From NCBI GenBank assembly GCA_026387175.1, contig JAPLME010000008.1, positions 149,883 to 213,882 of the forward strand: a stretch of DNA of 64,000 nucleotides, given 5' to 3'. Of this stretch, positions 10,901 through 18,243 are shown one piece after another. Every line of letters starts with the position of its first letter. The stretch's first letter is position 1. The stretch is from Candidatus Omnitrophota bacterium (GTDB taxonomy: Bacteria; Omnitrophota; Gorgyraeia; 2-01-FULL-45-10). The translations under genes and the position numbers were made by a program. A model generated the notes under the pieces. That model did no database searches and was not told where the DNA came from. It saw nothing but the letters and a program-made list of their open reading frames with translations.

Positions 10901-11622
10901 TTAAGGAAAAGCTCGATAAGATGGGACCAGTGAACCTGGTTGCCATAGATGAGCATAAAGAGCTGGAGGAGCGGTATAATTTTCTGGTCCATCAGCAGGA
11001 AGATCTGGTCAATGCCAAAGATTCGCTGTTAAAGGCCATTCAAAAGATAAATAAGACGACGAAGGACCTTTTCCTGGAGACCTTCCAGAAGATACAGGTT
11101 GAATTCAAGAACTTCTTCAGGATGCTCTTCGGCGGAGGCCAGGCCGAACTGGTCCTTATAGATGAGCAGGATATACTGGAATCCGGCATAGAGATCGTGG
11201 TGCGCCCTCCCGGTAAAAAATTACAGAATATGATGTTGTTGTCCGGCGGCGAAAAAGCCATGACGGCGTGCGCGCTGCTCTTTGCGATATTCAAGGTTAA
11301 GCCGAGCCCCTTCTGTGTGCTGGACGAACTGGATGCGCCTTTAGATGAATCTAATGTCATGAGGTTCACCAGCGTCCTGAAAGAGTTCATCAAAATATCA
11401 CAGTTTATCATCATCACGCATAATAAGCGCACAATGGAACTTGCCGATATCATCTACGGTATCACAATGCAGGAACGAGGCGTCTCGAAGATAGTTTCGG
11501 TAAAGTTTCTTGATGATCGTAAGAAGACGGAAAATATCGAAAAACCGGCTTTAGAACCGCAGCCAGCCGGTCAGGCCGCCCAGCCGGCGGCATCCGCGGA
11601 ACCTCTGGTCAATCCTTCGTAG
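7972..11622 (+). CDS. smc: chromosome segregation protein SMC
   Basis: 1216 aa with N-terminal Walker A VVGPNGCGKSNI, long coiled coils, hinge, and C-terminal LSGGEKAMTACALLFAIF/VLDELDAPLD. Confidence 0.9.
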   Translation: MHFKSLELVGFKSFAEKTKLNFEPGVTAVVGPNGCGKSNIADSIRWVLGEQSAKSLRASNMQDVIFNGTDTKDPINFAEVSLTFSNEKRTLPIDYDEVTITRRVFRSGDSEYLLNKTPVRLKDIADLLMGTGIGTESYSIIEQGKMDLILSSKPEDRRYVFEEASGITKYKSKKKEALRKLEQTEQNLLRINDIITEVKRQINSIERQAKKAERYKVDYEKLKDMEVKLTCREYKGLKMQEATFTVENEDTKARERDLSGEINAIALKISEERQALNEVNNKILNLRNRSSEISNSLDMNKHKIEIDKERIEEARILQEGLNREIKSATDKINNAKEQVGKLKIDLDRAVSERALKQKTVEEHELLLSNIARELEETEEKAKVFKIQIVEFLAKETHIKNDLIKIGADVQNRKMRQRRLEIEKDEVGKELESTEGALSGVLVEFKTIEDKVVGLKTGLEAKKLANEEVISAIENIESDIAREENNKAATRSKIEMLEESLKTHEGFKSGVKNLLIKANEDKVSFSGVLGVLADIIKVEKGYEEAVSTLLGDDAQLIITENDNDIVRAIEYLKNGRFGKASFVSLETLRKVSRSADLRLNEALHKPLSSFVHIDERLKPVIEYFFVNSYLIESVEEGMRSCGASPAVFVTKSGHMFDNCKVSGGSASEGEESLLIGRRQRLDDLRNELRTCEERGIALVAVRDEKKSAGRALETEIESTDSALRQEEINYANAKTKKDAQEEAGRKLADEMFLLGSELDEVNQIINDLTAKGTALNIELNKIEVEKTSMQEFIDRSQAFILDKKSERERTALEMATLRAEVQSQEKEEENVRNNLKSQEAIVFELEDTLYAKDALAKESSEKAKSLECEIGNLTSQNQILENDLKILNEESSAVEGSRADIGARLNMDETQLKEKEAQLETFRNLIRDLDVKLTELNFKKSNLKDRMLQAHKFDLEMTPVELDEQIDWESISVQVSELKEKLDKMGPVNLVAIDEHKELEERYNFLVHQQEDLVNAKDSLLKAIQKINKTTKDLFLETFQKIQVEFKNFFRMLFGGGQAELVLIDEQDILESGIEIVVRPPGKKLQNMMLLSGGEKAMTACALLFAIFKVKPSPFCVLDELDAPLDESNVMRFTSVLKEFIKISQFIIITHNKRTMELADIIYGITMQERGVSKIVSVKFLDDRKKTENIEKPALEPQPAGQAAQPAASAEPLVNPS

Positions 11623-12817
11623 GCCTGTTATCTTTCATTGCGCTGGAATACAGGAAGGTCTTATTCTTTCCGGCATGTTTCGCTTCATATAACGCGATGT
11701 CGGCGCGGGATATCAGGTCGCCCTTATTGGCGGCGTCATCCGGATAGGTGGCTATGCCGCAGCTTACCGTGAGCCTATGGCTCGCGTCAATCCCCGGCTC
11801 ATTCGCGAATGCGTTTTCGACTTCGACGCGAAGCCGTTCTGAAAATAATCCCGCGCTCTCCTTAGAAGTGCTTGGCATGATTATGCCGAATTCCTCACCG
11901 CCGTATCTTGCGGCTATATCGCATTTCCTGGACTTATTTTTCAGCACAAGGGCGAGCTTTTTAAGCGCGTCATCGCCTTTCATGTGGCCAAGAGTGTCGT
12001 TATAGTGCTTAAAATTATCGACATCTATCATGATAAGGCTCAGCTGTGTCTCGCTGATCTTGGATTTCTCAATTTCATATGAAAGGTGCTGGTGGAATTT
12101 ACCGTAGTTCCAGAGCTTAGTGAGCCAGTCTGTATTCGACAGATAGACGGTTTCTTCATAAAGGCGGGAATTCTCTATGGCCAGGCCAGCATGGCTCGCG
12201 AACATCGTCAGCATCTTTATATCGGACTTTGTTATGGGTTTCTTATTAAAGATGTTATCGACCAGGATCGCGCCCACGACCTTGTCTTTAGCTTTAAGCG
12301 GTACAGTTACGAAGAAGTCGGTGTTAAGATTCCTCTGCATCTCGGGGTCGACGATCTTTTTGGCCTCGTGAGTTGTGATCTCAAAGGTCATGCCTTCGAG
12401 AATGGTGAGCGCGAGTATCCCCATATCCTCGCGAAGAGGTATCTTTATCCCTTTGACTATCTGATTTAATTTCGAATCGGGGTCTCTCTTGAAGGTATCG
12501 TAGGATGAAATAAAATCGTCGAGGGTCATCTTGCTCTCGGATATCGCGTGCCAGATCTTGCCGGCCTCTTCGCCGGTGTGGGGGCCTATGCCCATGATGC
12601 CTTCCAGGACGCTTTCTTTGTCGTTAACCAGGAAGAGCATCGCGCGGTTGAATCCGAGCCCTTCATGAGAAGTCAAGGCGGTAAGTATTATATACAATAC
12701 CTGATCCAGCTTGAGGGTGGTCCTCATCGCGTTAGAGATCTCGAAGAGCATCGAAAATTCCCACTCGAGCCTCTTAAGTTCCTGCTTTAAAGTGTTTTCG
12801 TCGTATTTTTCTGTCAA
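11609..12817 (-). CDS. GAF-domain diguanylate cyclase (GGDEF)
   Basis: C-terminal RYGGEEFGIIM with upstream DxLT region and an N-terminal GAF-like region. Confidence 0.8.
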   Translation of the reverse strand: MTEKYDENTLKQELKRLEWEFSMLFEISNAMRTTLKLDQVLYIILTALTSHEGLGFNRAMLFLVNDKESVLEGIMGIGPHTGEEAGKIWHAISESKMTLDDFISSYDTFKRDPDSKLNQIVKGIKIPLREDMGILALTILEGMTFEITTHEAKKIVDPEMQRNLNTDFFVTVPLKAKDKVVGAILVDNIFNKKPITKSDIKMLTMFASHAGLAIENSRLYEETVYLSNTDWLTKLWNYGKFHQHLSYEIEKSKISETQLSLIMIDVDNFKHYNDTLGHMKGDDALKKLALVLKNKSRKCDIAARYGGEEFGIIMPSTSKESAGLFSERLRVEVENAFANEPGIDASHRLTVSCGIATYPDDAANKGDLISRADIALYEAKHAGKNKTFLYSSAMKDNRPTKD

Positions 12818-13236
12818 GGCGTGGCTGCTTTTTTGGGGGCCGGAAGTTTTTTCAAATTGCCGAACATAACTCCTATGGCAACTTCTTTGTCGTCGGTTTT
12901 CCTTGCCATTACCCTTACGGGGTCGCCGACTTTAAGCTCGGATATATCCGTAACCTTGGTTACGCTGGTCGACGGCGCGATCTCTACTATATGGAGCTGG
13001 TTATCGCGTTCGCCGTTCACTTCGATCTTTATCCTTGACGGGTCCGCCGTATCTATTTTTGATATATTGCCCAATATCATGCTAAATCCGGATTTTACAG
13101 CTCCTCTGGGATTCACGAGTTTCTGTTCCGCCGCCATTTGGCCGTTTTTGCCGGTGTTTTCGTCAACCGCTGATCCTGCCGCGGTGAATGTAAGTGAGAA
13201 AGCTATGGCCAATGCAAAAGTAAATGATCTCTTCAT
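12814..13236 (-). CDS. hypothetical exported protein (signal peptide), co-oriented with the GGDEF gene
   Basis: MKRSFTFALAIAFSLTFTAAGSA signal peptide. A GGAGG RBS lies 7 nt upstream of ATG at 13236, so I chose this start rather than the longer ORF-track start at 13269. Confidence 0.5.
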   Translation of the reverse strand: MKRSFTFALAIAFSLTFTAAGSAVDENTGKNGQMAAEQKLVNPRGAVKSGFSMILGNISKIDTADPSRIKIEVNGERDNQLHIVEIAPSTSVTKVTDISELKVGDPVRVMARKTDDKEVAIGVMFGNLKKLPAPKKAATP

Positions 13237-13276
13237 CTTTAACCTCCAAAATATAGCTGATTTTATCATATATGGC

Positions 13277-13304
13277 TTGACAAGTCATTAGAAATCGATA
13301 TAAT
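13277..13304 (+). promoter_or_regulatory. sigma70-type promoter (TTGACA-16 nt-TATAAT) driving the FMN riboswitch/ribBA
   Basis: Perfect consensus hexamers TTGACA (13277-13282) and TATAAT (13299-13304). Confidence 0.55.
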
Positions 13305-13308
13305 GAAG

Positions 13309-13445
13309 GGGTCTTCGGGGTGGGGTGACCTGCATTGGCGGGAATTCCCCGGCCGGCGGTAAAGCCCGCGAGTCCCTGTGTCCGAGGGGCAGAACTTGTG
13401 AGATTCAAGTGCCGACAGTACAGACTGGATGGTAGAAGACGCCTC
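13309..13445 (+). ncRNA. FMN riboswitch (RFN element) aptamer
   Basis: Conserved RFN blocks are present: CTTCGGGGTGGGGTGA...GGGAATTCC...GGCGGTAAAGCCCGCGAG...CCGAGGGGCAGA...GAGATTCAAGTGCCGACAGTACAGACTGGATGGTAGAAGA. It sits in the ribBA leader. Confidence 0.85.
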
Positions 13446-13483
13446 GGCAGATGCTGTGCCGTACAAAAAGAGAGATATCTTGT

Positions 13484-13516
13484 AACCCCCGAAGCTTTTT
13501 AGGGGGTTTTTTATTT
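13484..13516 (+). terminator. intrinsic terminator (riboswitch expression platform)
   Basis: AACCCCC-gaagcttttt-AGGGGGTT followed by a T-run, 16 nt upstream of the ribBA RBS GAGGAG. Confidence 0.6.
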
Positions 13517-13532
13517 TGAGGAGCGAAAAAAC

Positions 13533-14729
13533 ATGAAACTGAATACGATTCCAGAAGTTCTCAGCGACCTTAAAAAAGGCAAGATGGTCATAGTCATAGA
13601 TGATGAGGACCGCGAAAACGAAGGTGATCTCATAATGGCGGGACAATTTACCAGGCCCGAAGATATAAATTTCATGGCCCGTGAAGGTCGCGGCCTGATA
13701 TGCGTCCCTATGGAAGGAGCCAGGCTGGATGAGCTTGACCTGCATCCGATGTCGTCCAGAGCTTTTGACCCGTATAAGACCGGCTGGGCGATATCCTGTG
13801 ACGCGAAGAAAGGAATAACTACAGGCATTTCAGCAAACGACAGGGCGCGCACCATAAATATTTTGGCAAGTTCCAAATCGAAGGCATCTGATCTGGTCAA
13901 GCCCGGGCATATCTTTCCGTTAAGAGCTAATGAAGGCGGCGTCCTCGTCAGGGCCGGCCACACAGAGGCATGCGTTGATCTGATGAAGCTATCCAGGCTG
14001 TATCCAGCCGGTGTTATATGCGAGATAATGAAGGACGACGGCACGATGGCCAGGACCCCCGATTTAATAGCATTCGCCGGCACGCACTCCTTGAAGATAT
14101 GCACCATGGAGAGCCTGATAGAGTACAGGCGTAAGTCTGAAAAGCTGATCAAGAGAATAGCGCAGACAAATATGCCTACGCCTTTCGGCAATTTTAAAGT
14201 CTTTGTTTACGAGTCGCTCGTCGATAAACAGCATCACCTCGCCCTTATCAAGGGAAGGCCCGACAAAAATGACGCGCTGGTCAGGGTGCATTCGGAATGC
14301 CTGACAGGAGATGTATTCGGATCCAAAAGATGCGACTGCGGCGAACAGCTTCATACCGCGATGAAGCTGGTAGATAAGAACGGAAGCGGCGTTATACTAT
14401 ATATGAGACAAGAGGGTCGCGGCATAGGGTTGGCTAATAAGTTGCGGGCTTATGAGCTGCAGGACAAAGGGATGGATACCGTTGAGGCCAATGAAGCCCT
14501 GGGTTTTAAGCCCGATCTGAGGGATTATGGTATAGGGGCGCAGATACTCGCGGATCTGGGATTGAAGAATATAAGGCTCCTTACGAATAACCCGAAAAAG
14601 ATAGTGGGTCTGGAGGGGTATGGCCTTAAGGTGATAGAGAGAGTGCCGATACATGTCCTGGCGAACAAGGCCAACGCAAAATATCTTAGGACCAAGAGGG
14701 AGAAACTGGGTCACGACTTGAAAGTGTGA
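13533..14729 (+). CDS. ribBA: bifunctional 3,4-dihydroxy-2-butanone-4-phosphate synthase / GTP cyclohydrolase II
   Basis: 398 aa. N-terminal DHBP synthase (DDEDRENEGDLI) and C-terminal GTP cyclohydrolase II Zn site (CLTGDVFGSKRCDCG). Confidence 0.9.
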   Translation: MKLNTIPEVLSDLKKGKMVIVIDDEDRENEGDLIMAGQFTRPEDINFMAREGRGLICVPMEGARLDELDLHPMSSRAFDPYKTGWAISCDAKKGITTGISANDRARTINILASSKSKASDLVKPGHIFPLRANEGGVLVRAGHTEACVDLMKLSRLYPAGVICEIMKDDGTMARTPDLIAFAGTHSLKICTMESLIEYRRKSEKLIKRIAQTNMPTPFGNFKVFVYESLVDKQHHLALIKGRPDKNDALVRVHSECLTGDVFGSKRCDCGEQLHTAMKLVDKNGSGVILYMRQEGRGIGLANKLRAYELQDKGMDTVEANEALGFKPDLRDYGIGAQILADLGLKNIRLLTNNPKKIVGLEGYGLKVIERVPIHVLANKANAKYLRTKREKLGHDLKV

Positions 14730-14802
14730 TGTAAATAAAAGGCCGATATCAGGGATATCGGCACTTAGCCTACGATAAGGCTGAATAAACTAGGAGGGTA
14801 AC

Positions 14803-15267
14803 ATGGTAAATGTGATAAAGGCGGATTTGGTTGCAAAGGGGAAGAAGTTCGCGATAACCATATCGCGGTTCAACGAGTTTATATCATCGAAGCTTCTTGA
14901 GGGATGCATCGACACACTTAATCGTCATGGTGTCCAGGAGAATTCGATAGATGTGGTGTGGGTGCCGGGGGCATTCGAAATACCGATGATCGCGCAAAAG
15001 TGCGCGAAGTCAAAAAAGTACGACGCGGTTATATGCCTAGGTACGGTCATAAGAGGCGCGACGCCTCATTTTGAGTTTGTGGCGAGCGAGGCCGCCAAAG
15101 GTGTCGCGAAGATATCGCTCGATACTAATGTGCCGTGCATATTCGGCATCATCACAGCCGATAATATCGAGCAGGCGATCGAGAGGGCTGGCACGAAGGA
15201 CGGCAACAAGGGCCGCGACGCGGCGCTCTCGGCCATCGAGATGGCTAATCTGTACGCGAAGCTATAG
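14803..15267 (+). CDS. ribH: 6,7-dimethyl-8-ribityllumazine synthase
   Basis: 154 aa with the lumazine synthase signature VPGAFEIP. Confidence 0.9.
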   Translation: MVNVIKADLVAKGKKFAITISRFNEFISSKLLEGCIDTLNRHGVQENSIDVVWVPGAFEIPMIAQKCAKSKKYDAVICLGTVIRGATPHFEFVASEAAKGVAKISLDTNVPCIFGIITADNIEQAIERAGTKDGNKGRDAALSAIEMANLYAKL

Positions 15268-15850
15268 ATTTTTCGGCTGCAAGCGATAGTCTAGAGCCTT
15301 CGGGCACTTGCTTTCGCTTGTTGCGGTTTATCCCTCGCGGGGCGGTGCTTCGCAGGGACGCGAAATTTCCCCTGCGAGGAAATTTCGCTCGGAAAGATCG
15401 CTCGCTCTTTTTGGCATACAGGTATACCAGGGCCAAAAATCCGTGCCCGCTCGCGACTTTCGACGCCCTGCTTAGCACCGCCCCCGCGAGGGATAACTGA
15501 GTAACGAAGAAGATAGTGCCCAAAAGCTCCCTGCACTATGCAAGGAGCCGAAAAAATTACTGGGGGTAGTGAGCAGAGAGTGAGATTGTAACAGTGAACG
15601 GAGGCGAAAATATCCTTCAGTACGTCAGATGGCGGAACTTTTGGGCGATGCTGAAGCGACTTTATAAAATTTCGATACCTATAGGCGGTACAGGCTTTAT
15701 CATCGAAATTTTATCAAGAGCGAGCGAGGAAGCCTATTCCGAGCGAGCGGCAAGCGGAAGCATTGACCGAAAGTAAACGCCGGACTGAGATGTTTCTAGG
15801 ATATTTTCGCTGTAGTGAGGATATTTTCAGTGCGAACCATAACTTCGGTT
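15268..15850 (+). repeat. composite structured repeat: X-type palindrome (X1, ~15268-15570), linker, Y-type element (Y3, ~15603-15850)
   Basis: X1 has an 18-29 bp TIR GGTTTATCCCTCGCGGGGCGGTGC/GCACCGCCCCCGCGAGGGATAAC around the core palindrome GCGAAATTTCC-cctgcga-GGAAATTTCGC. Y3 has outer TIR GGCGAAAATATCC (15603) pairing with GGATATTTTCGC (15810) and a nested hairpin AAAATTTCGATA...TATCGAAATTTT. Homologous to 24094-24657. Confidence 0.6.
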
Positions 15851-15912
15851 TAGGTCCAAACTGGAATTTGAAGGATGCTGTTGCCGTAGTTGCAAATGAA
15901 TGAGGAGGGAAG

Positions 15913-16332
15913 ATGAGGAAGCGAACAGTCGCGAGAGAATCTGCGCTTAAGATACTATATGCGGTCGATATTACGAAAGAAGCGCCGGACAAATGCATAG
16001 ATAATTTTTGGTTGTCGCAGGATAAAGTGGAAAAAGAGGTGATGAGTTACGCTAACGATATTGTCCTTGGCGTCTGCCATAATAAAGCGCGTATCGATAA
16101 GGTGGTATCGGAATGCGCGACGAATTGGGAGCTCGACAGGATGGCGGTTATAGACCGCAATATACTACGATTAGGTACGTACGAGCTTATATTTATGGAA
16201 GAGGTCCCGCCGAAGGTCGCCATCAATGAAGCGATCGATATCGCAAAGAGATACGGCGATAAAGACTCCGGAAAATTCGTGAACGGTGTGCTCGACAAGA
16301 TCAGTAAGGAAAAGAGAAAACCGTCCGAATGA
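15913..16332 (+). CDS. nusB: transcription antitermination factor NusB
   Basis: 139 aa with typical NusB fold residues (ARESALKILYAVD, DRNILRLGTYEL). Confidence 0.85.
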   Translation: MRKRTVARESALKILYAVDITKEAPDKCIDNFWLSQDKVEKEVMSYANDIVLGVCHNKARIDKVVSECATNWELDRMAVIDRNILRLGTYELIFMEEVPPKVAINEAIDIAKRYGDKDSGKFVNGVLDKISKEKRKPSE

Positions 16333-17165
16333 AGTACGCCGATCTGCATGTCCACACGTTCTATTCCGATTCGACTTTTTCGCCGGAGGAGGTGGTTTCC
16401 TGCGCCAGGGACAGGGCGCTTGCGGCCATAGCCATATGCGACCATGACTCCGTGGACGGAATAGAGCCTTGCCTGGCGATCGGAGATAAGCTGGGTGTTG
16501 AGATATTACCGGGTATCGAGCTTAGCGCGGAGAAATCCGACGCCGAGATCCATATACTCGGATACTTGATGGATTATAATCTCGGCTGGCTTCGCAAACG
16601 GCTCAAAGAGCTTCAGGAAGCCCGCATAGACCGTATCCATAAGATGGTTGAGAGACTGAACTCCAAAGGCATCGACCTGAAAGCTGAAGATGTCTTTAAG
16701 ATCGCGGGCCGCGGCACGGTCGGAAGGCTGCATCTGGCGCTTGCGATATTAAATACGGGAAAAGTGAAGACGATAAAAGATGTTTTCGGAAAGTATATAG
16801 GTTTTAGAAAGCCCTGTTATGTGGCAAATTTGAAATTAACTCCGGAGGAGGCTATAAGTATTGTCCTGAGAGCCGGAGGGGTTCCGGTGCTGGCCCACCC
16901 CGGTTGTATGGGCAGGGACGAGTATATACCGGAACTGATCGGGCATGGACTTCGCGGAATTGAGGTTTATCATACGGATCATGGCGCAGGCGCGGTTAAA
17001 CGATATCAGAAGATAGCAGAAAAGAACGATCTCCTTGTCACGGGCGGATCCGACTGCCATGGCCTCGGAAAAGGGAGGATTCTGCTGGGGGAAGTCAGGG
17101 TGCCTTATACGCTTGTAGAGAGATTGAAGGAAGAGTCGGGAAAGATCAAGAATGAACACAGATAA
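16329..17165 (+). CDS. PHP-domain metal-dependent phosphoesterase
   Basis: N-terminal DLHVHTFYSD and downstream His/Asp motifs (ICDHDS, HPG, GGSDCHG). Confidence 0.7.
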   Translation: MKYADLHVHTFYSDSTFSPEEVVSCARDRALAAIAICDHDSVDGIEPCLAIGDKLGVEILPGIELSAEKSDAEIHILGYLMDYNLGWLRKRLKELQEARIDRIHKMVERLNSKGIDLKAEDVFKIAGRGTVGRLHLALAILNTGKVKTIKDVFGKYIGFRKPCYVANLKLTPEEAISIVLRAGGVPVLAHPGCMGRDEYIPELIGHGLRGIEVYHTDHGAGAVKRYQKIAEKNDLLVTGGSDCHGLGKGRILLGEVRVPYTLVERLKEESGKIKNEHR

Positions 17166-18243
17166 GAAATATATGTCGCTGGCCATAGAGCTCGCTAAAA
17201 AAGCTGAGGGACGGACGAGCCCCAATCCGCTCGTCGGAGCCGTTATAGTAAAAAGAGGCAAGATAGTCGGGAAAGGTTATCATAAAAAATGCGGCCTCCC
17301 GCACGCGGAAATGAATGCTATAAAGGCCGCCGGAGATGCGGCTGGAGGCTCTACGCTGTATGTCACGATGGAGCCCTGCGATCATTACGGCCGGACCCCG
17401 CCCTGCACTGATGCGATCATAAAGAGCGGGATAAAAAGAGTTGTTATAGCGATGAAGGACCCTAATCCGATAACTGACGGACGCGGTATAAAAAAACTTA
17501 AAGCGCATAAGATAAATACGAAAGTCGGCGTCCTGGAAAAAGAGGCGCGGGCCATAAACAGGCCTTTCATAAAATTTATTACAAAAAAATTGCCGTTCGT
17601 CAGGGTCAAAGTCGCTGAGTCGATCGACGGCAAGATAGCCACAAAGAGCGGAGATTCGAAATGGATAAGCGGGGAAGCGTCGCGCCGGTATGTGCACGGC
17701 TTGCGCAGCAGAGTAGATGCCGTTATGGTCGGCTCCGGGACTGTGCTTAAAGACGATCCAATGCTTTTATGCAGGATACCTGGAGCAAAACAGCCTCTTA
17801 GGATAATAGCGGACAGCAGTTTAAAGATGCCGTTTACTTCAAAACTGTTTTCCACGGCCGGCAGCCATTCGGTCCTGATCGCCACCACGAAAAAGGCCCC
17901 TTTCAAGAAAGCCGAAGTGTATGCGAGAAACGGTATAAGCCTGTTATTCTGCAAAATAAAGAATAACAGAATAGATCTTAAGGACCTATTGAAAAAACTG
18001 TCATGGCTGGGCGTTACCGATCTTTTAGTCGAGGGCGGAGGCGAGCTGGTGGCGGGCCTCGTCGAGAAGAAGCTCGTAGATCAATTCATATTTTTCATAT
18101 CTCCGAAAATAATAGGCGGCAGGGACGCGAAGACAGCCGTGGAGGGCACAGGCGTCGATAAAGTCGCCGACGCGGTAAAGCTTAAAAATATTTCGATACG
18201 GATGTTCGAAGACGATGTAATGATAGAGGCGGAGGCCGCTTAA
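17152..18243 (+). CDS. ribD: bifunctional riboflavin biosynthesis deaminase/reductase
   Basis: CMP/dCMP-type deaminase Zn motifs (HAEMNAI, TMEPCDHYGRTPPC) plus a C-terminal reductase domain. Confidence 0.85.
   Translation: MNTDKKYMSLAIELAKKAEGRTSPNPLVGAVIVKRGKIVGKGYHKKCGLPHAEMNAIKAAGDAAGGSTLYVTMEPCDHYGRTPPCTDAIIKSGIKRVVIAMKDPNPITDGRGIKKLKAHKINTKVGVLEKEARAINRPFIKFITKKLPFVRVKVAESIDGKIATKSGDSKWISGEASRRYVHGLRSRVDAVMVGSGTVLKDDPMLLCRIPGAKQPLRIIADSSLKMPFTSKLFSTAGSHSVLIATTKKAPFKKAEVYARNGISLLFCKIKNNRIDLKDLLKKLSWLGVTDLLVEGGGELVAGLVEKKLVDQFIFFISPKIIGGRDAKTAVEGTGVDKVADAVKLKNISIRMFEDDVMIEAEAA

Noticed and set aside
15071-15289. 72-aa Arg-rich ORF overlapping the 3' end of ribH in another frame.
   Set aside because: It lies inside the well-supported ribH gene and runs into the repeat. 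It has no RBS and is a composition artefact.
15318-15500. 60-aa ORF inside X1 and 66-aa ORF 24109-24309 inside X2.
   Set aside because: They lie entirely within the palindromic repeat with no RBS. The arms differ in sequence between copies, so the peptides are not conserved.
15594-15776. 60-aa ORF (MNGGENILQYVRWRNFW...) inside the Y3 repeat. Similar peptides are translatable from other Y copies (6325-6470), which could be taken for a small-protein family.
   Set aside because: The frame is not maintained between copies: indels shift the upstream part, and copy Y5 has in-frame stops. Conservation is at the nucleotide/inverted-repeat level, so the ORFs are by-products of the repeat.
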